Source of the DNA: SAR202 cluster bacterium
Lineage (GTDB): Bacteria; Chloroflexota; Dehalococcoidia; Lucifugimonadales; UBA826
DNA: 64,000 nucleotides
Assembly: GCA_008373095.1 (NCBI GenBank)
Contig: RQOP01000044.1
Span: 2,379 to 66,378, forward strand
Reading direction: 5' to 3'
Shown: positions 1-8,603 of the stretch, one piece after another
How positions within the stretch are numbered: the stretch's first letter is position 1
Layout: every line of letters begins with the position of its first letter
Translations under genes and position numbers: made by a program
The notes under the pieces: model-generated
Told to the model about the DNA's origin: nothing
The model's database searches: none
What the model saw: only the letters and a program-made list of their open reading frames with translations

Positions 1-243
1 TCCATCTTTTCCATGTTTCTTTGCTTTGGAACCATTCTCCCCATTACTGGCTGAGAAATTCTTTTCATATCTGAAATTTATCAATGTGTTCTCATTGTGA
101 TCACCAACGATTATTACATTTCCCCCTCGTCCTCCATCACCTCCATCGGGTCCGCCTCTTGGAACAAATTTTTCATGGCGACCACTAATAGCCCCATCTC
201 CTCCAGAGCCACTTGTTATTTGGATTAATACACTATCGATCAT
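1..243 (-). CDS. obg: GTPase Obg, N-terminal part (gene continues beyond window start)
   Basis: Open to the window edge, so absent from the ORF track. My translation from the ATG at 243-241 is [61 protein letters not shown]..., the glycine-rich Obg-fold N-terminal domain. Confidence 0.85.
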   Translation of the reverse strand, partial: MIDSVLIQITSGSGGDGAISGRHEKFVPRGGPDGGDGGRGGNVIIVGDHNENTLINFRYEKNFSASNGENGSKAKKHGKDG

Positions 244-472
244 TTAATTGTTTCCAAAGAGTTTAGGTAATAATACTAACAATAATGGTGTTTACTTGGT
301 GGAAACACAGCTATATTAGGCGGTGTATATAATTGGATTTTATCACGGGTTTTAGTGGAAACATTGTTGACTATATTGAAATTCTGTTGATACACATTAG
401 GGCTTTTGGGCGATGTGGATAAGGCTGGTTTTTATTCACACGTCGGCGCTCTTGTTATTAACTAAAAGGACA

Positions 473-506
473 TATAATTGCCCTGTCTGTCCACATTCAA
501 TGTGGA
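473..506 (+). promoter_or_regulatory. Candidate -10 box (TATAAT 473-478) followed by operator-like palindrome TCCACATT-C-AATGTGGA (490-506)
   Basis: Read directly: exact TATAAT, then a perfect 8-bp inverted repeat with a 1-nt centre, 44 bp upstream of the 550 start codon. No convincing -35 hexamer seen. Confidence 0.3.
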
Positions 507-549
507 ACATATTTTTGAGAAGAACTACTTTTATAGGTTGAGGAGATAA

Positions 550-1905
550 ATGGAAGAAATGGCACCGTATATAAAAAACAAAACAGAAGTAAGTGAAATG
601 TTCAGTGAAGCTAACCTCTTTCAGTCATATTTGGATGTGGAAGCAGCATTAGCTAAAGCCCAGGCGAGTCAAGAAATTATTCCAGCGACCGCTGCGGAGA
701 TAATTTCTGAAAAGGCTAAACTTGAGCTTTTGGACCTCCAAAATGTTTATGATGGATTAGATAAAACAGGGCATCCTCTGGTTCCCCTAATATGGGAGTT
801 GGATAGAGTTTGCGGAGAAGAGGCGGGTGGATATATACACTGGGGTGCGACCACGCAAAATATTACTCAAACAGGAAAACTTCTATTAATTAAAAAATGC
901 CACAATAGTTTCCTGGAAGATCTTGGAAATTTACTTCACATACTTGGAAATCTAGCAGAGAAAACTAAAGATTATGCTATGCCAGGTAGAACCCATGGCC
1001 AGCATGCTGTTCCTGCGACTTTCGGATACAAAGTCGCAGTGTGGATAGATGAGCTGATACGACATGCTGACCGCTTAAAAGGAAGTGAAGAGCGCGTTTT
1101 TGTAGCTATGTTGGGGGGAGGGGCAGGAACTATGGCTTCTGTGGGTCTTGAAGGCCTTGAAACCCAAAGATTGATAGGTGAAGAACTGGGATTAGGTTCA
1201 ATGACAATGCCTTCTAGGGTGATAGGGGATCACCTCACCGAATATATTACGATCCTTGCTATGCTCGCTGCCACGGCCAGTAAAATGTCGAGAGAGATAT
1301 ATACCATGATGAAGCAGGAATTCGGCGAAGTGGAAGAACCTGTTCCTTTGGGCGCGGTTGGGTCGTCAACGATGCCTCAAAAACGGAATCCTCGTTTATG
1401 CCAAGATGTTGTGGCCTGGGCTGCAGAAATAAGGACATATGTGCCAATGTCTTTGGAGGCAATGCAAACAGAGCATGAAGCTGATAAAACTACTAGCATG
1501 ATGATAAATTCGGCCATCGACAGGACATGTGTTTTGATGGGCCAAATAACAAATGGATTGATTGAAATATTTTCTGAACTTAAAGTATTTCCGGAAAGAA
1601 TGAGACAAAACCTTGATCTTAGCGGAGGGTTGATACTTTCAGAGCGAATAATGTTGGAATTGGGTCGGAAAATGGGTCGTCAAAAGGCCCACGATGCAGT
1701 CTATGAGGCAGCTCAAAGGTCTGTTAATGAAAACAGGCCATTCACTGAAACTCTACAAGAGGAACCCGAAGTGGCTAGCCAATTAACAAAAAAGGAAATA
1801 TTAGGACTATTGGACCCAGAACAATACACTGGCCTATGTTCACATTTTGCGAAAGAGTTTTCGATTAAAGCGGAGCAAAAGAGTAAGGAGCTAATCGGCA
1901 ATTAG
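550..1905 (+). CDS. Fumarate-lyase superfamily enzyme (adenylosuccinate lyase / 3-carboxy-cis,cis-muconate cycloisomerase-like)
   Basis: 451 aa. Has the class-II fumarase/aspartase signature GSSTMPQKRNP. The N-terminus (LFQSYLDVEAALAKAQA..IIP) is typical of PurB/PcaB-like members. Confidence 0.8.
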   Translation: MEEMAPYIKNKTEVSEMFSEANLFQSYLDVEAALAKAQASQEIIPATAAEIISEKAKLELLDLQNVYDGLDKTGHPLVPLIWELDRVCGEEAGGYIHWGATTQNITQTGKLLLIKKCHNSFLEDLGNLLHILGNLAEKTKDYAMPGRTHGQHAVPATFGYKVAVWIDELIRHADRLKGSEERVFVAMLGGGAGTMASVGLEGLETQRLIGEELGLGSMTMPSRVIGDHLTEYITILAMLAATASKMSREIYTMMKQEFGEVEEPVPLGAVGSSTMPQKRNPRLCQDVVAWAAEIRTYVPMSLEAMQTEHEADKTTSMMINSAIDRTCVLMGQITNGLIEIFSELKVFPERMRQNLDLSGGLILSERIMLELGRKMGRQKAHDAVYEAAQRSVNENRPFTETLQEEPEVASQLTKKEILGLLDPEQYTGLCSHFAKEFSIKAEQKSKELIGN

Positions 1906-1909
1906 AAGG

Positions 1910-3106
1910 CTAGATATTTATCGGTAATTGTTTTGGGATCACGCCGGCCTTTCTTAGCTGATCAATTTTTTCTGTGGTTATCCCTAACTCTTTTAATACG
2001 TTGAGAGTCTCAGCTCCAAAAACAGGTGGAAAAACATCTTGTAGAGGGGTTTTAGACATATTAACGGGATTGCCAGACCAGGTAGTTTTACCCCATGAGG
2101 AATTAATTTCCTGAGAATTTGAATAATCCTTGCCTCTGATGAGCCCTCGCGCATGATTAAAATCATCTTCATGGATCTCTGCAGCGGTCGTATTTTTAAC
2201 CAATGGGATTTGGGCTGATTTCATGGTGTCTACCCAATAGTCAGAAGGCTTGGTAACGAAAATTTCCTCCAAGATCTCTCGAAGAAGAAGATCGTTCTCA
2301 GACCGTGAAGCTTTGGATGAAAAAACTTCCATAGATTGAAGATGTGAAAATTCATCAAGGAGACAAAGTTTTAGCCATTGATCCTCTGAAAAAGCACTTA
2401 AGAATACCCAATTATCAGCTGATTCATATAAACCGGCCAAAGCATTTAGGCCACGGGCTCCGGGGCCACCAACATCATCTCGCACATAATTTTTATGATT
2501 AACATGGTATGGGGCGGAAATTGTGGCTGAGGTGTGAGATAAAGCAGCTTCAACATGCTGACCTTTCCCGGTTTTTTCTCTTTCCAAAAGAGCCATCATT
2601 ACGCCGTAGGCTGCGGCTATTCCTGTTCCGTAATCATTTAAAGTAAAAGTAGCCGGGCGAGGTTGGCCCTCACCTCCACTGTTTCTTAGTTGGACACCGG
2701 TTGCAGCTTGAGCGTTCTGCTCAAAACCTGGCCTAAGCTCCCACGGTCCAGACCTGCCGAAACAATTGATTGAGGCGTACACAATGCCTGGATTTTTGGC
2801 TCTGACCTGTTCATATCCTATCCCGAGCCGATCTGTCACTCCTTTTCTGAAGCCCTCTAAAATAACGTCAGCGGAATCAACTAACTTGAGAAATGTGTCT
2901 AATCCCTCAGGGGTTGAGATGTTTAAAGCGATGCTTCGTTTTCCTCTGCCGACGTCCAGCCATGGTGTCAGCTGGGGGGGCCTATGCTCTGGATCGATTT
3001 TTATTACTTCCGCTCCATACTGTGCAAGTGTTCTTCCACATGTTGGCCCGGCGAGAACAATACATAAATCAAGAACTCGAATGCCAGCTAGAGGTAAATT
3101 AGTCAT
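1910..3106 (-). CDS. Family III CoA-transferase (CaiB/BaiF type)
   Basis: 398 aa. N-terminal LAGIRVLDLCIVLAGPTCGRTLAQYGAEVIKIDP is the CaiB/BaiF hallmark. The mid-protein NDYGTGIAAAYGVMMAL contains the expected Asp. Confidence 0.85.
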   Translation of the reverse strand: MTNLPLAGIRVLDLCIVLAGPTCGRTLAQYGAEVIKIDPEHRPPQLTPWLDVGRGKRSIALNISTPEGLDTFLKLVDSADVILEGFRKGVTDRLGIGYEQVRAKNPGIVYASINCFGRSGPWELRPGFEQNAQAATGVQLRNSGGEGQPRPATFTLNDYGTGIAAAYGVMMALLEREKTGKGQHVEAALSHTSATISAPYHVNHKNYVRDDVGGPGARGLNALAGLYESADNWVFLSAFSEDQWLKLCLLDEFSHLQSMEVFSSKASRSENDLLLREILEEIFVTKPSDYWVDTMKSAQIPLVKNTTAAEIHEDDFNHARGLIRGKDYSNSQEINSSWGKTTWSGNPVNMSKTPLQDVFPPVFGAETLNVLKELGITTEKIDQLRKAGVIPKQLPINI

Positions 3107-4173
3107 GAGATATTCTCAATCTGGTTACTGAGCCGGACAATTTTTCCCGGTTGCTTCATTTCACCTATAACCGGATCTTCTACAGTAATGGTAGTTCCCG
3201 CTGCAACGGAGTGCTCCGAATCTAGCCATTCATCGATACTGCGACACATGGTGCCAGGGATTCCTAGGTCAGCCATAATATTTTCCCATTGTATCGCTGT
3301 TTTTCCTAACCAAATCTCAGCAAATTGGTTGATCCATTGGTTGCGAGATAATTCATCAGCCAATAGTGCTTTGGAATTCGTGAGGGGTTCTAGCCAATCG
3401 ATATGATCGATGTTTTCAAGAAACGGTCGCAGGAATCTTGGCATGGAGATATTAACATTAATCCAACGGTCGTCTTTACAACGGTAGAATCTTTTTATGA
3501 CGGGATGGCCTTCTTGGTTTCCATGAGATCTCTTTGAATGTCTTACTAACGCTGAGCCCATTCCTTGATACATTGCGTCATGGACGGGAACGGTGATCTG
3601 TTGGCCGGTGTTGTGTTTGACTCTGTGGAAAAGAGCTGCGACAACTGCTGTAGATGCCGTTATAGCTGCAAATGTACTAGCGTATGGCAATGCGTGAAAT
3701 GATGGACCTTCTCCCTCAATGGGCTGTTCCCCGGATGGATTAAAAGAATATATTCCTGAGGCTGCTGCCACTATTCCTTCATCTGGAGGAAGATCTTCAT
3801 AAATATGGCCTTTGGGAAAGCCAGGTAAAGAAACGCACACCAGACCGGGATTATCTTTTGCCAAGGAGGTATAGGAAAGATCGCAATCTGCATAATGGTC
3901 ATAAATGAGCACATCTGCTTCACGGATTTTACCAAATAGTTTGTCAAAACTGTGCTTATCGGGCAGGTTTAATTCGATAGAAACTTTTCCTCTATGCCAC
4001 ACAGAAATTTCTTCAGCATTAATTGATTCGGGAGTATTTTGCTGAGATTCTATTCTAACCACTTCCGCTCCCTGGTCAGACAACAGCATTCCCAAAATAG
4101 ACCCTACAGGGTATGAGCTGAATTCAACGACTTTATATCCGGTTAAAGGACCTATTTTATTAACTCCGTTCAA
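3103..4173 (-). CDS. Family III CoA-transferase-like paralog (possibly non-catalytic)
   Basis: 356 aa. N-terminal LTGYKVVEFSSYPVGSILGMLLSDQGAEVVRIE resembles the CaiB fold. 4-nt overlap with the downstream CoA-transferase. By-eye alignment puts no Asp at the catalytic position. Confidence 0.7.
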   Translation of the reverse strand: MNGVNKIGPLTGYKVVEFSSYPVGSILGMLLSDQGAEVVRIESQQNTPESINAEEISVWHRGKVSIELNLPDKHSFDKLFGKIREADVLIYDHYADCDLSYTSLAKDNPGLVCVSLPGFPKGHIYEDLPPDEGIVAAASGIYSFNPSGEQPIEGEGPSFHALPYASTFAAITASTAVVAALFHRVKHNTGQQITVPVHDAMYQGMGSALVRHSKRSHGNQEGHPVIKRFYRCKDDRWINVNISMPRFLRPFLENIDHIDWLEPLTNSKALLADELSRNQWINQFAEIWLGKTAIQWENIMADLGIPGTMCRSIDEWLDSEHSVAAGTTITVEDPVIGEMKQPGKIVRLSNQIENIS

Positions 4174-4176
4174 TTC

Positions 4177-5928
4177 TTATTTATACTGATCAATACCAAC
4201 GGTAGCTGCCGTCGGGCCAGAAGGGAAAACTAAAGTTTTTGCCCTGTCAGCTCCCACAACCACAATGTCAATATTTGATGAGGAATGTAATAGAGGAACT
4301 TCAATAGCTAGGCGCTCTTCCTCAGTTTTGTCTTTTAGCCAGTTCCATCTTTCATCCACTCGAGCGTCGTTAATCGGCATATATTGGATCATTTTGCCTA
4401 AGCTAGTATTTGCATGACTGTGGATAAAGTCCTTTGCATCTTGTTTGGAAAAACCTTCACCGCCTACAGGTCCAGCTACATCAGGAGGCATGAATATTAG
4501 TCTTTGATGGCCTTCTGCGTGAGTCGCTCCTAAGGTTGTGTTACCAAAGGTTATTCCGTAGGCCAATGTTTTTAAAAGGCCGTCCGCTGAGGTGTTACCT
4601 TGGTCTTGAACATCTAGTTCACCGTCTGTAATAAATATCGAAACGGTACTATCTGTTTTTGAGAAACCTCTATCCTCCGAGTATGAAGGCCATGGGCTCA
4701 TTTCTTCGTTTTCTGCAACGCAATGAATAAATTTTCTGGTTGTCCCTATAGTGTCCATATCCATTTTGTTTGGATACCACATTCCAATGTTTTTTAGACA
4801 TAGATAGAAGGCTCTTCCTATAGTGATGTTAATTTCATTGTCCCGACCAGGACCTAGAGCAGATCCGGGGTTCAACCCAACTTTTTTTGCAATTGGCCCG
4901 TTCACCATCAGGATGGGGGCATGAGGGCTAGTTGACATTAGTAGCGACTTTCCGCCATGTGAGCCCATCTCGGAAAGGCATTTAACGGCAGCGATAATTA
5001 TTGGCATATGTTCTGCCTTGGCCCCAGCCATTGCGGCATTTATAGCAATTTTTTCTACTGTTGCTAATCCGAATCCGGGTGGCATATCACAGACTACGTG
5101 ATCTGCCGGAAGAGAAGTTCCTGAGATTAGTTCTCTAACCTTCTCCTCTGTCGGAGGATAGATTGGCAATGCATCTGACCAGTCTTTAAGGGTGAACTCT
5201 TTGTTCATTTTAAGTACCGCATCATACCGATCTTCGCCCTCAAACCGAATGACCGATTCTTGCTGTTCTATGACGGATACATCCTTTCCTTCTGAAGTTA
5301 ATGTCTGAATTAGGTCGTCAATAACCTCTTCAGTTTGACTGACACAAAGATCATCGGCTAGATTTCGATAAATTCTGGGAACGACCACAAATTGCAGGTC
5401 TGGCATACCAAAGGCTTTACTGCTCGCTTTGGCATCGTCAGTAAACCTACCTGACACAATTGGAACGGCGGGTTTTCCCATCTTTTCTATTTCTATCATG
5501 TCGTGGCACATCCACGACGCGCAGGTCCCTCAATCGGCAGTGGCCCCAATTACCACGTCACATTCCTCTGCTGCCTGCTTCACGATATGTGGAGGGGAAG
5601 GATAGTTGCCTCCAGTATAGAAATTTACAGAAACATTAGAAAATCTTTCCTGGATCATTTCACCGGCACGATTTAGTGCCAAATCACCACCATGGGTACC
5701 ACTCCATACTAAGCCAACTGTCGCTCCTTCTAAAGTGGATGGTCTTTGGTTGGGTTTGATGATATTCATCATCCCCCGTTGTTGAGCTACAGGGTTAAGA
5801 ACTGATAATAAATCCACGTAATACTCCTTACCTTCAATGCTTCTTTCATTTTCACTAAATAGCCAGCTGGTGTGTGCAAAATGTTGAATTTTCCGATTAT
5901 ACAGGAGAGCTAATTCTTTGAATAACAA
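4177..5928 (-). CDS. Candidate selenoprotein: UGSC-like domain (Sec at TGA 5530-5532) fused to a ~380-aa uncharacterised C-terminal domain
   Basis: Track ORFs 5530..5928 and 4177..5511 are in the same frame, separated only by TGA plus 6 sense codons. Read-through gives ...EECDVVIGATAD-U-GTCASWMCHDMIEIEKMGKPAVPIVSGRF.... A SECIS-like hairpin follows. The 5' end is uncertain (ATG at 5928, or Met-Met at 5772/5769). Confidence 0.65.
5500..5518 (-). promoter_or_regulatory. Candidate bacterial SECIS hairpin
   Basis: Minus-strand RNA GUCGUGG-AUGUG-CCACGAC: a perfect 7-bp stem with a 5-nt loop containing GU. It starts 11 nt after the in-frame UGA. The ATG used by the ORF caller (5511-5509) lies in the loop. 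Confidence 0.5.
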
Positions 5929-5975
5929 TTGAATTAAAGTAGTTTTGACGAATAAATATAAAGAGTGACTATAAT

Positions 5976-6617
5976 TTGCCTATGAAAAATATTTCTGAAT
6001 CTCAAATTGACATGGTCATTGCCACACGTAATTCAGGAAAGATGAACGAGATGTGGAAAATGCTTTCCGAGACAACTTACAATCCCCTTTCACTTGACGA
6101 CGTACAAATAAATGAAGAGGTTGAAGAAACAGGAGTAACATTTCGAGAAAACGCGATACTGAAAGCAAAGACGTATGGCAAGTTATGCGGAAAACTGACA
6201 TTAGCCGATGATTCGGGTATTGAAGTAGATGCCCTGGATGGACAACCGGGTATTTATTCAGCCCGATATGGTGGTGAGGGCAAAGATGACAACGACAGAA
6301 ATGAACTCCTGTTAAAAAACTTATCTGGTATATCAGAGGATAAGCTTACTGCTAGGTTTAGATGTGTTGTTGCTTTATGGAATCCTATTAACGATGCCTC
6401 GGTGACATTTGAAGGTAGAATTGAGGGCAAAATTACTCGGAATGTAAGAGGAAGCAATGGATTTGGTTATGATCCGCTGTTTTTCTTTCCGGAGAAAAAT
6501 AAAACATTGGCGGAGTTGAGCATCCAAGAAAAAGAAGTTGTTAGCCACAGGGGTAAAGCGATGAGAGAGGCCATTATGTACTTGGAACAAAACGAAAGTA
6601 GTCTTCGAGGAGACTAA
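5976..6617 (+). CDS. rdgB: Non-canonical purine NTP pyrophosphatase (RdgB/HAM1 family)
   Basis: Motifs VIATRNSGKMNEM, ADDSGIEVDALDGQPGIYSARY, GYDPLFF and SHRGKA. Start uncertain (TTG 5976, ATG 5982 or ATG 6012). Confidence 0.85.
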   Translation: MPMKNISESQIDMVIATRNSGKMNEMWKMLSETTYNPLSLDDVQINEEVEETGVTFRENAILKAKTYGKLCGKLTLADDSGIEVDALDGQPGIYSARYGGEGKDDNDRNELLLKNLSGISEDKLTARFRCVVALWNPINDASVTFEGRIEGKITRNVRGSNGFGYDPLFFFPEKNKTLAELSIQEKEVVSHRGKAMREAIMYLEQNESSLRGD

Positions 6618-6619
6618 TA

Positions 6620-7636
6620 ATGAACAACGTACCAGTGCTGGACACATTTAAGAGGCCGCTCCGAGATTTGAGAATCTCGGTCACTGATCGGTGCAACTTT
6701 CGCTGTCCATATTGCATGCCAGCTGAAATTTTCGGCGATCGTTACCAGTTTCTACCCAGAGAAGACTTGCTAACCTTTGAAGAAATTACCCGAATCGTAA
6801 AAATTGCGGTTGGCTTGGGAGTTACAAAAGTGAGGATCACTGGCGGAGAGCCACTTGTTCGGCAAAATATAGAAGAATTGGTGGCCATGATTGCGGCTGT
6901 AGATGGCGTTTCTGACCTTGCTATGACTACAAATGCTTATCTACTATCCGGATATGCAGAAAAACTAAAAAATGCCGGGTTGAAACGCATAACGGTTAGC
7001 CTAGATTCATTGGAAGATGAAATTTTTCAGAAAATGAATGGGAGAGGATTCAGTACTGCCCGAGTTTTGGATGGTATAAGGGCTGCCAAAGAAGCAGGGT
7101 TACAGCCAATTAAAATTAACGCTGTGGTGCAGAAAGGCGTTAATGATGAAACGCTTGTCGGTTTAGCTGAATGGTGCAGGGATAACGGCCATACCCCTCG
7201 ATTTATCGAATACATGGATGTTGGCACACTGAACGACTGGAAACTTGAAGAGGTTTTGACAGCTGAAGAAATTGTTCAACTAATCGAGGAAAGATTTCCT
7301 GCTGATCCCGTAGGCCCAACTTACCCAGGAGAAGTTGCAAAAAGATATAGATATAGAGATGGAAATGGTGAATTTGGGATTATTTCTTCGGTTTCACAAC
7401 CATTTTGTGGAGACTGCACACGAATGCGCCTTTCTCCAGAAGGGAAATCTGTCACCTGTCTTTTTGCGGAAACCGGTACTGATTTAAGGGATAGTTTACG
7501 AGACGGATCAACCGATGATGAAATCAAAAAAGCCATCATTGGAATTTGGGGCTCCAGAAAGGATCGATATTCTGAACAAAGATCTGAAGAGACGGTAAAA
7601 AGGAAAAAAGTTGAGATGTATCACATTGGCGGTTAA
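6620..7636 (+). CDS. moaA: GTP 3',8-cyclase MoaA (radical SAM, molybdenum cofactor biosynthesis)
   Basis: 338 aa. LRISVTDRCNFRCPYCMP radical-SAM cluster motif, C-terminal CGDCTRMRLSPEGK second-cluster region, typical length. Confidence 0.9.
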   Translation: MNNVPVLDTFKRPLRDLRISVTDRCNFRCPYCMPAEIFGDRYQFLPREDLLTFEEITRIVKIAVGLGVTKVRITGGEPLVRQNIEELVAMIAAVDGVSDLAMTTNAYLLSGYAEKLKNAGLKRITVSLDSLEDEIFQKMNGRGFSTARVLDGIRAAKEAGLQPIKINAVVQKGVNDETLVGLAEWCRDNGHTPRFIEYMDVGTLNDWKLEEVLTAEEIVQLIEERFPADPVGPTYPGEVAKRYRYRDGNGEFGIISSVSQPFCGDCTRMRLSPEGKSVTCLFAETGTDLRDSLRDGSTDDEIKKAIIGIWGSRKDRYSEQRSEETVKRKKVEMYHIGG

Positions 7637-8054
7637 TGATTCAGTGAAGGAGCCTACCGTAGTGCTATACACCGATGGAGCATGTCTCGGCAATCCTGGT
7701 CCAGGAGGCTGGGGTGCCGTCGTTTTTGACGAGGGAGAAAAAAAACTTCTTCATGGGGGAGAAAACAACACCACCAATAATAGAATGGAAATTACAGCTG
7801 TAATCGAGGCTTTGAAGACTCTTCGGACTGGTATTAATGTCAAGATTTATTCTGATTCAACATACGTCATCAATACTATGACGAAAAATTGGAAAAGAAA
7901 GAAAAATCAAGATTTATGGATCTTGTTGGATAGTGAGGCAGCGCTTCGAAATCTTGAGTGGGAATGGGTGAAAGGTCATTCTGGAGATGAATTCAATGAA
8001 GAGGCTGATCGCTTGGCTTATCAAGAAGCTTCAATGGTAGCAAAGGAAAAATAG
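7611..8054 (+). CDS. rnhA: Ribonuclease HI
   Basis: LYTDGACLGNPGPGGWGAV, NNRMEITAVIEAL, IYSDSTYVIN, WVKGHSGDEFNEEADRLA. An alternative GTG start at 7644 would remove the overlap with moaA. Confidence 0.85.
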   Translation: MRCITLAVNDSVKEPTVVLYTDGACLGNPGPGGWGAVVFDEGEKKLLHGGENNTTNNRMEITAVIEALKTLRTGINVKIYSDSTYVINTMTKNWKRKKNQDLWILLDSEAALRNLEWEWVKGHSGDEFNEEADRLAYQEASMVAKEK

Positions 8055-8085
8055 GAACAGAGTATTTGCTCAACAGGAGGCTATC

Positions 8086-8592
8086 GTGTCCAAAGCAAAA
8101 AAATTAACCCATGTGGATGAAAGCGGAGATGCCAATATGGTTGATGTAGGTGCAAAACCAATCTCCGAGAGAATCGCTGAGGCGAAGGCTGAAGTGCAGA
8201 TGAACCCTGAAACTCTCGCACTAATTCTGACCAATTCTTTTGAGAAGGGCGATGTGGTATCCACAGCACGTATTGCTGGAATAATGGCTGCCAAGGATAC
8301 CTCTAGATTAATTCCTTTGTGTCACCCCTTACCCATTAGCCAAATAAAGATTGATATTGCCTTAGATGAAGAAAATAGCTGTGTTCATATCACAACCATG
8401 GTCAAAACGAATGCTAAAACTGGAGTTGAGATGGAAGCGTTGACAGGGGCATCGGTAGCAGCTCTTACCGTTTACGATATGTGTAAAGCTGTAGACAGAA
8501 GTATGAATTTCAGGGTCTGGCTGGCCTCTAAGTCAGGCGGGCGATCGGGTAATTTTGTTTTCGATGCTCCCCCTAGGGAATCCACCACTTAG
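8086..8592 (+). CDS. moaC: Cyclic pyranopterin monophosphate synthase MoaC
   Basis: LTHVDESGDANMVDVGAKPISERIAEA, LIPLCHPLP and TGVEMEALTGASVAALTVYDMCKAVD are MoaC-typical. Confidence 0.9.
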   Translation: MSKAKKLTHVDESGDANMVDVGAKPISERIAEAKAEVQMNPETLALILTNSFEKGDVVSTARIAGIMAAKDTSRLIPLCHPLPISQIKIDIALDEENSCVHITTMVKTNAKTGVEMEALTGASVAALTVYDMCKAVDRSMNFRVWLASKSGGRSGNFVFDAPPRESTT

Positions 8593-8603
8593 CTTTTGTT
8601 GGT

